From positions 1-46,151 of the forward strand of contig NIVC01004432.1 in assembly GCA_002269645.1 (NCBI GenBank): a stretch of 46,151 nt of DNA, written 5' to 3'. Under the pieces are notes generated by a model. The model was not told where the DNA came from. It searched no databases and saw only the letters and a list, made by a program, of their open reading frames with translations. This stretch comes from Macrostomum lignano (taxonomy: Eukaryota). The position numbers and the translations under genes are program-made. The first letter of the stretch is position 1; the number at the start of each line of letters is the position of its first letter. Of this stretch, positions 12,361 through 23,792 are shown in pieces.

Positions 12361-12788
12361 CAGAACACTCTCTGATTAACCAACTCAAAATAAATGTTTG
12401 CCTTCAAAAGGCTAATTCTGGAGAGAATTGGATCGTCACTTGGAGTTAAAATCCAGCACCAACAACATGTGTACGTTGCCGATCAATTTTAATCAGGTAA
12501 AGACTTAAAAACTTAGCCAAAACAGGCCGGGCCAGCAAGATCAAAGAAAAACACGCGCAATTAGCAGCAGATTAAGTTGCTCCAGGGGCTGGCCAATGGC
12601 CAATGCCTGGATCCCATCTGAGACGAGGAATTTGCGATCCCGTCGCGCAAAGAGTTAATTAGCCAGAGCAGCAGCTGGTTTTTTCCGCAGGCCGCTAGCG
12701 CTGGAAAGTCAAAGGGAAACCGCAGACTGCGGGAGCCTCTTCCGGGTAAACCTTGGAGAAAAGAAGTGAACTCAGGCGGCCGCGATCA

Positions 12789-13290
12789 GATTAGCAATCC
12801 ATTCTTTTCCTGCATTTATTGATGTAGGCTAGATTAGCAATCCATTCTATTCCTTCATTTATTGATGTAGGCTAGATTAGCAATCCATTCTATTCCTGCA
12901 TTCATTGATGTAGGCTAGATTAGCAATCCATTCTATTCCTTCATTTATTGATGTAGGCTAGATTAGCAATCCATTCTATTCCTTCATTATTGATGTAGGC
13001 TAGACTAGCAATCCATTCTATTCCTTCATTTATTGATGTAGGCTAGATTAGCAATCCATTCTATTCCTTCATTTATTGATGTAGGCTAGATTAGCAATCC
13101 ATTCTATTCCTTCATTTATTGATGTAGGCTAGATTAGCAATCCATTCTATTCCTTCATTTATTGATGTAGGCTAGATTAGCAATCCATTCTATTCCTTCA
13201 TTTATTGATGTAGGCTAGATTAGCAATCCATTCTATTCCTGCATTTATTGATGTAGGCTAGATTAGCAATCCATTCTATTCCTTAATTTA
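12789..13290. repeat. 43-bp minisatellite GATTAGCAATCCATTCTATTCCTTCATTTATTGATGTAGGCTA (~12 copies)
   Basis: Period 43 (12789, 12832...), copies nearly identical. Confidence 0.97.
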
Positions 13291-13816
13291 TCGATAGCGT
13301 CGCACCAGAAAGCCCAGTCTTTTCCTCTCAGGCGGAACCTGGTAGATCCCAGCAATTAACAATGAGACACAGAGAAGGCCAGACAACAGTTAATAAGCTC
13401 ATAGCGGCTATCTGAATCAGTTTAATATTAAAGCAACTCAACTCCGATAGTCTGTGCACAGTCGATGCTTCATCAGTGGAGTCTGAGTACTCAATTAACA
13501 AAACACGAATAGGGCAATACCTATTTGCAAGTCAATACTACAGGTAGTTAATGCTATAATATTAACTATATATAATATGCAACCAATAGAGTATAGACAA
13601 GACAGAACAATAGAGACGGTTGCTAAATGATAATTTGCAGCCGGCATACACAAGACTACACATGCACAACGAGCAAAGAAAAAAATAATAAAAAATGCCT
13701 AAAAAACCACGACTTGCTACTACTAGTAAACTGGGCTGGGTTTGTGTAAGTTAACGAATATTATTTTTAACAAAGTTTAACAAAGATAGGGGACACAAAA
13801 AAGACTAAGAAAGCAA

Positions 13817-14010
13817 AGCGAATTCTCCTATCTAACAAATATAATGCTTCGACTTTGCTACTTAGTGCGAGTAGTATGAATTGGGCCAATATTACAATAA
13901 AAACAAACTGTGATATAGATGTTTATAGACATTGTCTGACGGACATTTACTCTTCGATTTGCGACAAAATTGAAAAGCAAATTAAACTTCTCAAACAAAA
14001 AAACAGATAT
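13817..14010 (+). mobile_element. Possible old LINE (CR1/L2-like) ORF2 linker remnant
   Basis: The frame reads KYNASTLLLSASSMNWANITIKTNCDIDVYRHCLTDIYSSICDKIEKQIKLLKQK, resembling the EN-RT linker of CR1/L2 elements. Recognition by eye only. Confidence 0.3.
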
Positions 14011-14214
14011 TGAAAGCATCTCAGTTATGAAATGAGAGTCTGTGTTGTTGACTGAAATTAATAATAATAACTCTACAATTATCCAAGAGAATTTATACAT
14101 ATATTCAAAAGGCGATTGGATTTTTATAGGAAGTCTGTTGTTGAATTAAATAGAAACTGTAAGATGATGGAGCTGCGCAGAGGGGAGATGTGAAGAGAGA
14201 AGCAGGTAGGGGAG

Positions 14215-14660
14215 AGTAAGAGAAGTGGGGTGAGAAGAGATGAGAGAAGTGGAGAGAGAAGAGATGAGAGAAGTGGAGAGAGAAGAGAAGAGAGAAGTGG
14301 AGAGAGAAGATATGAGAGAAGTGGGGTGAGAAGAGATGAGAGAAGTGGGGAAAAAAAGAGATGAAAAAAGTGGGGTGAGAAGAGAGGAGAGAAGTGGAGA
14401 GAGAAGAGATGAGAGAAGTGGGGTGAGAAGAGATGAGAGAAGTGGAGAGAGAAGAGATGAGAGAAGTGGGGTGAGAAAAGAGGAGAGAAGTCGGTAGAGA
14501 AGAGATGAGAGAAGTGGAGAGAGAAGAGATGAGAGAAGTGGAGAGAGAAGAGATGAGAGAAGTGGAGTGAGAAGAGATAAGAGAAGTGGAGTGAGAAGAG
14601 ATGAGAGAAGTGGAGAGAGGAGATGAGAGAAGTGGGGTGAGAAAAGAGGAGAGAAGTGGG
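14215..14660. repeat. 24-bp purine-rich minisatellite GAGAAGTGGAGAGAGAAGAGATGA
   Basis: Direct periodicity (8-aa periodic ORFs on the minus strand). Confidence 0.92.
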
Positions 14661-15255
14661 GAGGGGAGAATGCAGGAGGGGAGAAGTGAATAAAGCCAAA
14701 GTCCAAGGAAGTGAGAGAAGAGAGGGGACAACACGCACACAGATTAAACTAGCCAATGTCACTCATCTACTCATAAAAGCGAACAACAGTTAAAGGCGGC
14801 TTTTAATTGCTGGCAAAAAAAGTCCTCGGACTTCTGTCAAGATCTTTCTACTCTCTCAGCGGGGCTTTTCGTGTTTTCTATCAGTGTATCACAGAGAAAT
14901 GAAAAAAAACAGGCATTGAAACACTACGGCTAACAAACTACAAGAGGCTATGAATATAGTAACTTTTTGATCAGTTAGATGTAGCTATTAATTTTAAGGC
15001 AAGATTAATTAACTTTAACCATTAACACAAACAATTCATTCGGAGACAATATGATTACAAAAAGAACGAACAACAAGGAACAAAACAAAGACTAGAGATA
15101 GTAAGAAACCCTAGATTATTGGATCAGCTAGTTTTTTGTGGCGCAACAAATTTCCTCTGATGCTAATGGGTAAACGGCGGGAGAAACCAATAGCATTGTT
15201 GCCTCGTCAGCTAATTAGTGATATTACATAACAAAACAGGACTTGGAAAACAGTT

Positions 15256-18200
15256 TCAGCTGGCCTGCGTGACCTCTCGCACTAGCGGATTCAAAGATTC
15301 AACAGACAGCAGTTTGGTGAAGTCCGTCATCTTGCTCTCTACAGTGCGCATGTCAACAAATGTCAGCAGCAGTTTTGGATAGGCCCGCATCGCTTCGGGT
15401 ACGCCGAATTTGCAGGCCAGGTATTTCTTTAATAGTTGAGAGTACGAAGATTGAGCAGCCTCAATTGGGCCGCGAACCTCGGCTGGCATGGTGTCAGAAT
15501 TGAACAGTTTCAATGCCAGCATGAGCATCTTGACTAAGTCATCCTGGCCGCTGAGCTGGTCGAGCTGATCGAACACATTCTCAGCGTTGGCTTGGTACTG
15601 CTCCAGGTCAGCCGGGGTCAGGTCGCTGGCCTCAGGCCTGGAGCAGATGATGGCGGAGACGGCCGCGGCCAGCTCCTGCATGAGAGACACTCCGCTGGAG
15701 GCCGCCGGCTTGCAGAAGAATGACCAGTACAGGATTACCAGGCCGTATATGTTCACCTGGTATGGAGAGTACTGAGCACTTGCAGTTCCTTCAAATAACA
15801 AAAATACCAAAATGACACCTTTTAAGGATCAAGGCGGAATGACCCACTGAGACTGCATGACGAAAATCCCAATTGACTCTCCTGAAGGATGAAAATCCCA
15901 ATTGACCCTCGTCAAGGATAGAAATCCCAATTGACCCTCCTGAAGGATGAAAATCTTAATTGACCCTCCTGAAGGATGAAAATCCCAATTGACCCTCCCG
16001 AAGGATCAAAAATCCCAATTGATCCTCCCGAAGGATCAAAAATCCCAATTGACCCTCCTGAAGGATAAAAATCTCAATTGACCCTCCTGAAGGATAAAAA
16101 TCTCAATTGACCCTCCTGAAGGATCAAAAATCCCAATTGACCCTCCCGAAGGATCAAAAATCCCAATTGACCCTCCCGAAGGATAAAAATCCCAATTGAC
16201 CCTCCTGAAGGATAAAAATCCCAATTAACCCTCCTGAAGCATGAAAATCCCAAATGACCCTCCCGAAGGATAAAAATCCCAATTGACCCTCCTGAAGGAT
16301 AAAAATCCCAATTGACCCTCCTGAAGGATAAAAATCCGAATTGACTACCCTGAAAGATAAAAATCCCAATTGACCCTCCTGAAGGATAAAATTCCTAATT
16401 GACCCTCCTGAAGGATGAAAATCCCATTTGACCCGTCTGAATGATAAAAATCTCATGACCCCTGCAGGAAAAAATCCCAAACCACCCTACTGAATGATAA
16501 AGATCCCAAACAACACAAAATTGAAGCAATCTAAATAGACCGCCTGCTCACCTTCAGCATGAGTATCTGTGAGTCCTTCTCAACCTCAGAGAAGCTCGGT
16601 ATAAGCTTCACCACCGAGATAATCCGCCTGATACACGCGTCCATCTGGTTGAACGCCTGTTCAAGTCGACCGATGCCGCCAACGCCACTGCCGCCGTCCG
16701 CGCCAATCAGCAGGCCGCAGTCCTCAGCTGCCAAGGCCTCCCGCACCCGGCTGACGGCCTCCTCCAGATTGGCCAGGCAGTCTCTGTCCGCGCCAGACAG
16801 CTGCGTCTCCCAGCGACGCCCGGCGCCGCTGACCACCGCCCAGGTCGCTGCCAGCTCCGACAATGTCAGCTGCTCGGTTGGCGCCGACGCAGCTGAAGAT
16901 GGCGACGGATCCAAGTCGACCGAGGCGGAGAAAGCGCCGTTAATAGCTGCCGGAGCCTGGTGCTGGTGCTGCAACTGCTGCTGCACAAACTGGTGCTGGG
17001 GGTGCTGCGGCAGCTGGCGCTGGCGCTGAATTGAACGGCGCTGGCCTGAAATGGCGCCAAATTTATGGGAGCTATGAGCAATTTTTAATCAGTTACTAAG
17101 GGAGTCTGGGGCGATTATTCGAGAGAGTATGGGCGATTATTCATGGGAGTCTGGGGCGATTATTCATAGGAGTCTGGGGCGATTATTCGAGAGAGTATGG
17201 GCGATTATTCATGGGAGTCTGGGGCGATTATTCATAGGAGTCTGGGGCGATTATTCATAGGAGTCTGGGGCGATTATTCATAGGAGTCTGGGGCGATTAT
17301 TCATGGGAGTCTGGGGCGATTATTCAAGAGAGTATGGGCCGATTATTCATAGGAGTCTGGGGCAATTATTCATAGGAGTCTGGGGCGATTATTCATAGGA
17401 GTCTGGGGCGATTATTCATGGGAGTCTGGGGCGATTATTCAAGAGAGTTTGGGGCGATTATTCATAGGAGTCTGGGGCGATTATTCGAGAGAGTATGGGC
17501 GATTATTCATAGGAGTCTGGGGCGATTATTCATAGGAGTCTGGGGCGATTATTCATAGGAGTCTGGGGCGATTATTCATGGGAGTCTGGGGCGATTATTC
17601 ATAGGAGTCTTGGGCGATTATTCATAGGAGTCTGGGGCGATTATTCATAGGAGTCTGGGGCGATTATTCATGGGAGTCTGGGGCGATTATTCAAGAGAGT
17701 TTGGGGCGATTATTCATAGGAGTCTGGGGCAATTATTCGAGAGAGTTTGGGGCGATTATTCATAGGAGTCTGGGGCGATTATTCATAGGAGTCTGGGGCG
17801 ATTATTCATAGGAGTCTAGGGCAATTATTCGAGAGAGTTTGGGGCGATTATTCAAGAGAGTTTGGGGCGATTATTCAAGAGAGTTTGGGGCGATTATTCA
17901 AGAGAGTTTGGGGCGATTATTCATAGGAGTCTGGGGCGATTATTCATAGGAGTCTGGGGCGATTATTCATAGGAGTCTGGGGCGATTATTCATGGGGAGT
18001 TGGGGCGATTATGTATGGGGAGTTTGGGGCGATTATTCATAGGAGTCTGGGGCGATTATTCATAGGAGTTTGGGGCGATTATTAATGAGAGTTTGGGGCG
18101 ATTATTCATAGGAGTCTGGGGCGATTATTCGAGAGAGTATGGGGCGATTATTCGAGAGAGTTAGGGGCGATTATTCATGGGGATTTGCCTACCCGGAGTA

Positions 18201-19722
18201 TGCCGCTGGCCGGCCACATGCAGAGGCGGCTCGCCAGCCCCGCCAACAGCGTCACCATCGCAGCTGCCGTTTTTCAGACGCCGTTTCGGTTTGGCCCGCT
18301 GCTCCAGCTTCTCTGGGGGCAAAATGAGCTCCTTCTTCATGCCCACTAGCAGGCACTTCTCCAGGCGGCAGGTTGGGCAGTGCTTCCTCTGCGAGCCGCT
18401 CACGTCGCAGCCGCCGCCGCGCGAGCAGGGTTTGATCTTTTCGCGAGATTTCAAAGCGTTCCGACGAAAAAACGCTTTGCAACTCTCGCAGGTGAGCCGG
18501 TCGAAATTGTAGCCGGAGGCCGGCTCGGCGCACACCGCGCACACTCGCTGGTCGTCTGGCAGGCCAGCTTTGCGGCGCCGAGTTCTGACGACTGTGCCCA
18601 GGCCTGGCGGGGCCAAAGCGGGGCGCGATATGGAAATTTCGATATCATGGCATTTCGAAGGGACGGAGCAGCGCAGCGGTAAATGCGTCTGGCTCTCGCG
18701 CCACACGATGCCTGGTTCGATTCCGTGCACAGATACTAAAAAATAACTAGATGGGCCACTCAGCACATTTGCGTGTAAACTACTTTCAGTTCAGTAGTAA
18801 GTTAAACAAAAGCACTTTAATGTATTTTTAAATACAAGGCTTATTTATTGCCGCCTCTATAATTACCCCATTCTTAAACCCTCCAACCGCGCCTTTCCAC
18901 ACTACCCCCCGGCCCGCCCCAATTTTTATTGCCTTTGGCTTTTTCGGAATTCCAGCCTAAAGCTGCCATGTACATTTCAGTGGACTGGCCAATGTACATT
19001 AGTGCTGAACCAATTAGCAAGTTGTTTACGCCTGCAAGCTTCGCTTCGGCTTCTAATCTTATCAAAGTCATTTCAGCTGCCTTTATCTTTATAAAATAGC
19101 TTATGTATTCTTTTTCGCTACTGAACTGAAAGTAGAAAGCAGTTTTACCAAATGTATATATGCCTGAGTGGGACGATATGGCGTCAGGGTGCCCAGATTT
19201 CTCCCTGCGGTTAATGAACAGATGTTCATCCCGAAGGAATCGGGCCTATCCTAGTAGTAAAATTATTCCACTCTAACCATCTCCGCTGCTGCCAACACCG
19301 CCGGAGTGGGCAAAATCCATTGAGCCACTGCCGCCGCCGGCAGGACAAAAATCGGCCTCACGATCTGAACTGTTGTTAGACGAGGCCTCAGATTTGACGC
19401 TGTGAGGCAGAGTTAAATGCTGGTGGTGATGCAGCTGCTGCTGCTGCACACCGTGCTTGGCCTGGTTCAACAGCAGGGAGCTGTACTGCTGCTCTCTGCT
19501 CTGCCACGCCTCCAGACTGGCCAGCGCTGAGCTGCCAACAACTCCGCCGCTGCCAACGCTCAGTGCTGGCGAATGAGCCTGCGGATGCGGATGCTGCTGC
19601 TGCATCAGCTGGGATGCTGGGGACATGGCTGGCTTAGCTGAGTCGCTGTTAGCAGCTGCAGCAGCAGCAGCTGCTGCTATCAATAAACGAGTTTTGTCAC
19701 CCAGCAGCTGTTGCTCATTCAT
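15256..19722 (-). CDS. HR96: Nuclear hormone receptor, NR1J (HR96/DAF-12-like). Exons 19722-19278, 18603-18193, 17045-16552, 15756-15256; 616 aa
   Basis: DBD CAVCAEPASGYNFDRLTCESCKAFFRRNA with the ESCKA P-box and a C-x5-C-x9-C-x2-C second finger. LBD signature VVKLIPSFSEVEKDSQILMLK and helix 12 PLVREV. GT-AG junctions in phases 1/1/0 sum to 1851 nt. Confidence 0.92.
15862..16510. repeat. 29-30-bp minisatellite GAAAATCCCAATTGACCCTCCTGAAGGAT filling receptor intron 3
   Basis: Direct periodicity within intron 15757-16551. Confidence 0.95.
17099..18180. repeat. 23-bp minisatellite GGGGCGATTATTCATAGGAGTCT (~47 copies) filling receptor intron 2
   Basis: Direct periodicity within intron 17046-18192. 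Confidence 0.97.
18780..19135. mobile_element. MITE, 356 bp, in receptor intron 1
   Basis: Perfect 18-bp inverted repeats CTACTTTCAGTTCAGTAG (18780-18797 / 19118-19135). The TSD is either AAA outside the repeat or TA inside it. Confidence 0.75.
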
Positions 19723-20216
19723 GATGGCTGAATTTGGAAAAATTAATGAAAATATATAAATTGCTAGACTTATTGCACAAGTTTTAGTACTAGGCATAGT
19801 AAGAATGTTTCACAAGTATGCCCACTGGTTATCATCTAATCTCTAGATATGCTTATACCTTAGATGGGGATTATAATCTGACTATCATATTCTGAAATCT
19901 GAAATCAAATTTTTTGATTTTATAATCATAAAAACTTTAAGTTAAGGTAGCTTTAATTTTGATAATTTTAATGGTACCCAATAGGTTTACATAGAGACTT
20001 AGCCTATTATAACTTATTATTAGCTATAAAATACTTATAAAATAAAAGTTTTACTTCATACCAACCTTGGTAAACAATGGTAGCAAAATTGCCATTGAAT
20101 CAAAAAACTCCCAAAGAGCTATTAGGTGCAAAATATCTTTAAAAATTTTTAGAGATAGGATATAGGACTATAATCTTGTCTAATAATATTTTTTGCATCT
20201 TTTACAACCTCTAGCA

Positions 20217-20536
20217 TAGGGGTTGGCAAACTTATTTTGCCTCAAAGGTCAAATAAGAGAGGAAAGTAGAGGTATAAAGAAAGAAAAAGAGGAAATGAAA
20301 GATAATAAAAGATAAAAAAGGTAAAATACAAAATGAGAATTTTGATAAGAAACAAAAGATAATAGGACAAAAATGAGAAACAAGAAAAAAGAGAGGAAGG
20401 AGAACAAAGAGAAAACTAAAAAGAGACACTTACCCTAAGTAGACAAGATAGCTTTTGTAAAGTTTCATAGGACCTGAAGGCTAGGTAGAAAGGCTTCATA
20501 GGCCATATTGGCCTGCAAAGAGTTTGCTAACTCCTG
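20217..20536. mobile_element. Old hAT (Charlie-like) MITE, 320 bp
   Basis: TIRs TAGGGGTTGGCAAACT / AGTTTGCTAACTCCTG (13/16). Flanks CTCTAGCA and TTCTAATA resemble the NTCTAGAN 8-bp target. Confidence 0.6.
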
Positions 20537-20813
20537 TTCTAATATATATATATATGGTGCCATCACAGTGAAATCCAAGGGGTCAGATGCAACCCAAGGG
20601 GTGAAGAAGGAGAGCTGGCTGAGGGTCAGAGGGTTAGAGCGATATCTGAAGGCTTTCACACTCAGTCTCATATTGAGCATCTTATTCTCATTTTGATATT
20701 CCATTTTTTAGTCTATGGCCAAGCCATCCCTGCAGCCAAGACTAGGCATGCTCTGGCCGTGGCTAGCCTGGCCTTGCTTGCGATCCTATGCAGTCTTATT
20801 TTGAATGTCTAAA

Positions 20814-21600
20814 GGCTCATTCCATATAAGATGGACATTTTTGGAAAATAGAAAAAAGTCAATATTTTTGCTTGCCATTGCCTTATCAGCCAATTTTTTT
20901 ACCAAATGTTTTTTATGTGTAATATCTACAATCTAAGAATAAATGAATGATAAAATGTTAGATTAGTATGCTATCAAGTGGCAAAAAGTCATTTTTGTAA
21001 AAATTTAAACATTTTTCTAAGCAAAAGACATCATTAGGTTTGTGTACCTTTTAAAAACAAATAGAAAGCTTTGGAAGGTTGAAACAAACTATAGATAAAA
21101 GTATAGTACTTGCATCATCAGATAAAAGTATTGGTGACCAAATAATCTATTATATTTTTAATATATTGGTACCTCAAAGTTACTGAATTGACAGAAAAAA
21201 ATATGTTACGACCATAATGTTACGACCATAAGGCTGCCTTTTCTTTTGTATCTTTGTTGCCTTTTGAGTTTATATATTCTACAAAAAAGAGTATGATTAC
21301 TAAAGATGTTCTTAGTCAAATTTTAAAAAATGTATTGCAAAATATCAAAAATAAAAATGTTATAAGACTTTTACCTTTTAGTTTCTATATGTCAAAAATC
21401 CTGTTGTTACGACCATAAGTGCCATTCAAGGTTTAATAGCATCTATACTAATGATGATATCTACATGAAACTCTATAAAAATATTTTTGACAAAATTATC
21501 TTTCATTTAAAATATTGGTTTAGTATATTCTATTATTATATTTCATTTTATAAGTAAAAATAGCCTGTCATGTTATGACCATGCTTATATGGAATGAGCC
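20814..21600. mobile_element. Non-autonomous DNA transposon, 787 bp
   Basis: Perfect 17-bp TIRs GGCTCATTCCATATAAG (20814-20830 / 21584-21600), TAAA on both flanks, internal TGTTACGACCATAA repeats. Confidence 0.75.
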
Positions 21601-22084
21601 TAAAGTCTTATCTAGAGCATCAAAAGCGATACTAAAAATGAGTTGTTTGTATGTAGCTATGTGATTGATTTCAGAAAAAATGGCTCAACCAATTTTCTTA
21701 AAACTTGCACCATCAGAAATTTTCCTTGGATGGTACATGCATATTGGCTAAGAAATTGCTCAAAGTTAAATGGATTAAATATTCAAAAAACATGCTTTTT
21801 CTGAAAGGTCAAGCAGTTCTTTCGACCTGAAATGCATTGTAAGAATGCTAGAGACAAAACTGACTGGCTGAATTCTGATTTTGATAAAGATTGCATCACA
21901 ACAAGTTGAAAATATAGTGTCAAAGAAACACACTACTTGACTAAAAATGTGTAACCATATTGCCAACTTAAATTGAGACTGATACTGGCTGACTGAGAAA
22001 TTGATTATGTCATAAATTTTTACTCTAACTGACTTGCTGTAATTATTGAATTATAAGGGCCACAATTCATGTTCTCCAATTGAA

Positions 22085-22150
22085 AAGTGATAGCCAAGAT
22101 GCAAACAGACTGAACTGCTAATGTAGCAACCTGGGTTCAAATCTTTGTAG
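22085..22150 (+). pseudogene. Degenerate tRNA-like segment (Ser-GCT-like) or SINE head
   Basis: A-box-like TAGCCAAG (22091), anticodon-loop-like CTGCTAA and B-box GGTTCAAATC (22134-22143). Stems are not intact. Confidence 0.35.
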
Positions 22151-22214
22151 TGCAAAAATTTCTTTTTTATTAAAACACCTCAAAAACACAAAAGTGCTAA
22201 ACATAAAAGAAGTG

Positions 22215-22565
22215 CAATGTCAAACATTAAAGAGCTACCAAGTCAAACATAAAAGGGCCACCATGTCAAACATAAAAGAGCCACCATTTCAAGCATAAAA
22301 GAGCTACCATGTCAAACATTAAAGAGCCACTATGTCAAACATAAAAGAGACACCATTTCAAACGTAAAAGAGCTACCATGTCAGACATAAAAGAGCCACC
22401 ATGTCAAACATTAAAAAGCCACCAAGTCAAACATAGAAGAGCCACCATGTTAAACAATAATGAGCCACCATGTCAAACATAAAGGAGACATTATTTCAAA
22501 CATAAAGGAGACATTATTTCAAACATAAAAAGAAGCCTCATGTCAAACATAAAGGAGCCACTATA
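22215..22565. repeat. 23-bp degenerate minisatellite TGTCAAACATAAAAGAGCCACCA (~15 copies)
   Basis: Recurrent TCAAACATAAA core at ~23-nt spacing. Confidence 0.9.
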
Positions 22566-23528
22566 AAGCTAAAGAAATTGTTGCACTAGTAGCTACTTGT
22601 TGTCTAGTGGATGCTTGCTATTTAAGGATGGATAATTCACCTCCCAATTGATATCAGGGGGACACTTGCTATCTGAGGGATGCTTGCTATTGGAAGGATG
22701 CTTGTGCTTGCTCTTTAGATGTGGAGGGTACTTGCTATCTGAGAGAAGATTGCTAGCTATCTATAAAGGATTCTTTGTATCCAAGGATGTTGGCTATCTG
22801 GAGGATGCTTGCTATCCAGGGTCTTTGTTACTTGTACAAAGCAGAGATTCTATCCAGATGTCCCCCATTGGGAAGTGAAGATTGCTAGTCTATATACTAA
22901 TTTTGCAGTTTGTCTATCTATTTGCTTGTCATTAATTTTTTGAGAACTATCTGGCCAACTTTTTAAATTTTGCTTTAAAAAAATTCTACTTTTTTGGGAA
23001 TCATGCATAACTTTTTTGATGAAAAATTTAAATGGGAAGTGGGTCAAATATTTGAAAAATGATTTTTTAATGCTTTGAATGGGCACCCTGCTTCTAAATT
23101 TAATTGCTCAGTTTAACCATTTAGGCCTCTCCTTGGCCAATATACAGTGTAGGATATCATTCACTACAATTAAGCTAAAGGAGTTTTATGAACATTGGCA
23201 TGGCAGTCTTGCAATTTGTAAGGTTGGTTGAATTTTATTATTGTTAATGAGAGTATTTGCATAGGGGGGGGGGTTAAAAAGCTGGCCACAATTTATCAAC
23301 CCCCTAAACTGCTCTGATCTTGTTTGTCTTATTCTATGAATATAACACTAGGTGGTGCAGTTGCAGCTAATAGGCCCAATTTATTCAAATTCATTTGACA
23401 AATTGGCATAGAAAATTTTTACCAATTGTTAGTTGGTCAAATATTCAATAAACAATTTTTTTAATGCTTTTGATGCTTGAATTTTTTACCTGAATGCCCA
23501 CTATTGGGGGCATAGTGTCGTAGTGTGC

Positions 23529-23792
23529 TTATATACTTAGCAATATTGAAAAGTCTAGTTGCCAGTTTTTAGAGTGCAGGTAAAGCTTTTCCATCTTTGC
23601 AAGTAATGCAACCTAGCTATGCAGCGGCAGGCATAAGTTGAAGAATGAAGTGTGGGGGTGCAATGTGCAAGGGTTTTGTTGAATAGATTAAAGCTACCCA
23701 ATCAATTTTCTCATATATATTTTAGAATAGTCCAAGAAAAGTTGCTCATTGGCGTATAGATTGGTAACTTTTCAATGTTGCTAAGTATATAA
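23529..23792. mobile_element. MITE, 264 bp, Tc1/mariner-like TA ends
   Basis: 26-bp inverted repeats TTATATACTTAGCAATATTGAAAAGT (23529-23554 / 23767-23792), 25/26 match. Confidence 0.7.

Noticed and set aside
13858-14100. 80-aa ORF with a signal-peptide-like start
   Set aside because: AT-rich hydrophobic bias explains it, and the opposite strand looks more like a LINE remnant.
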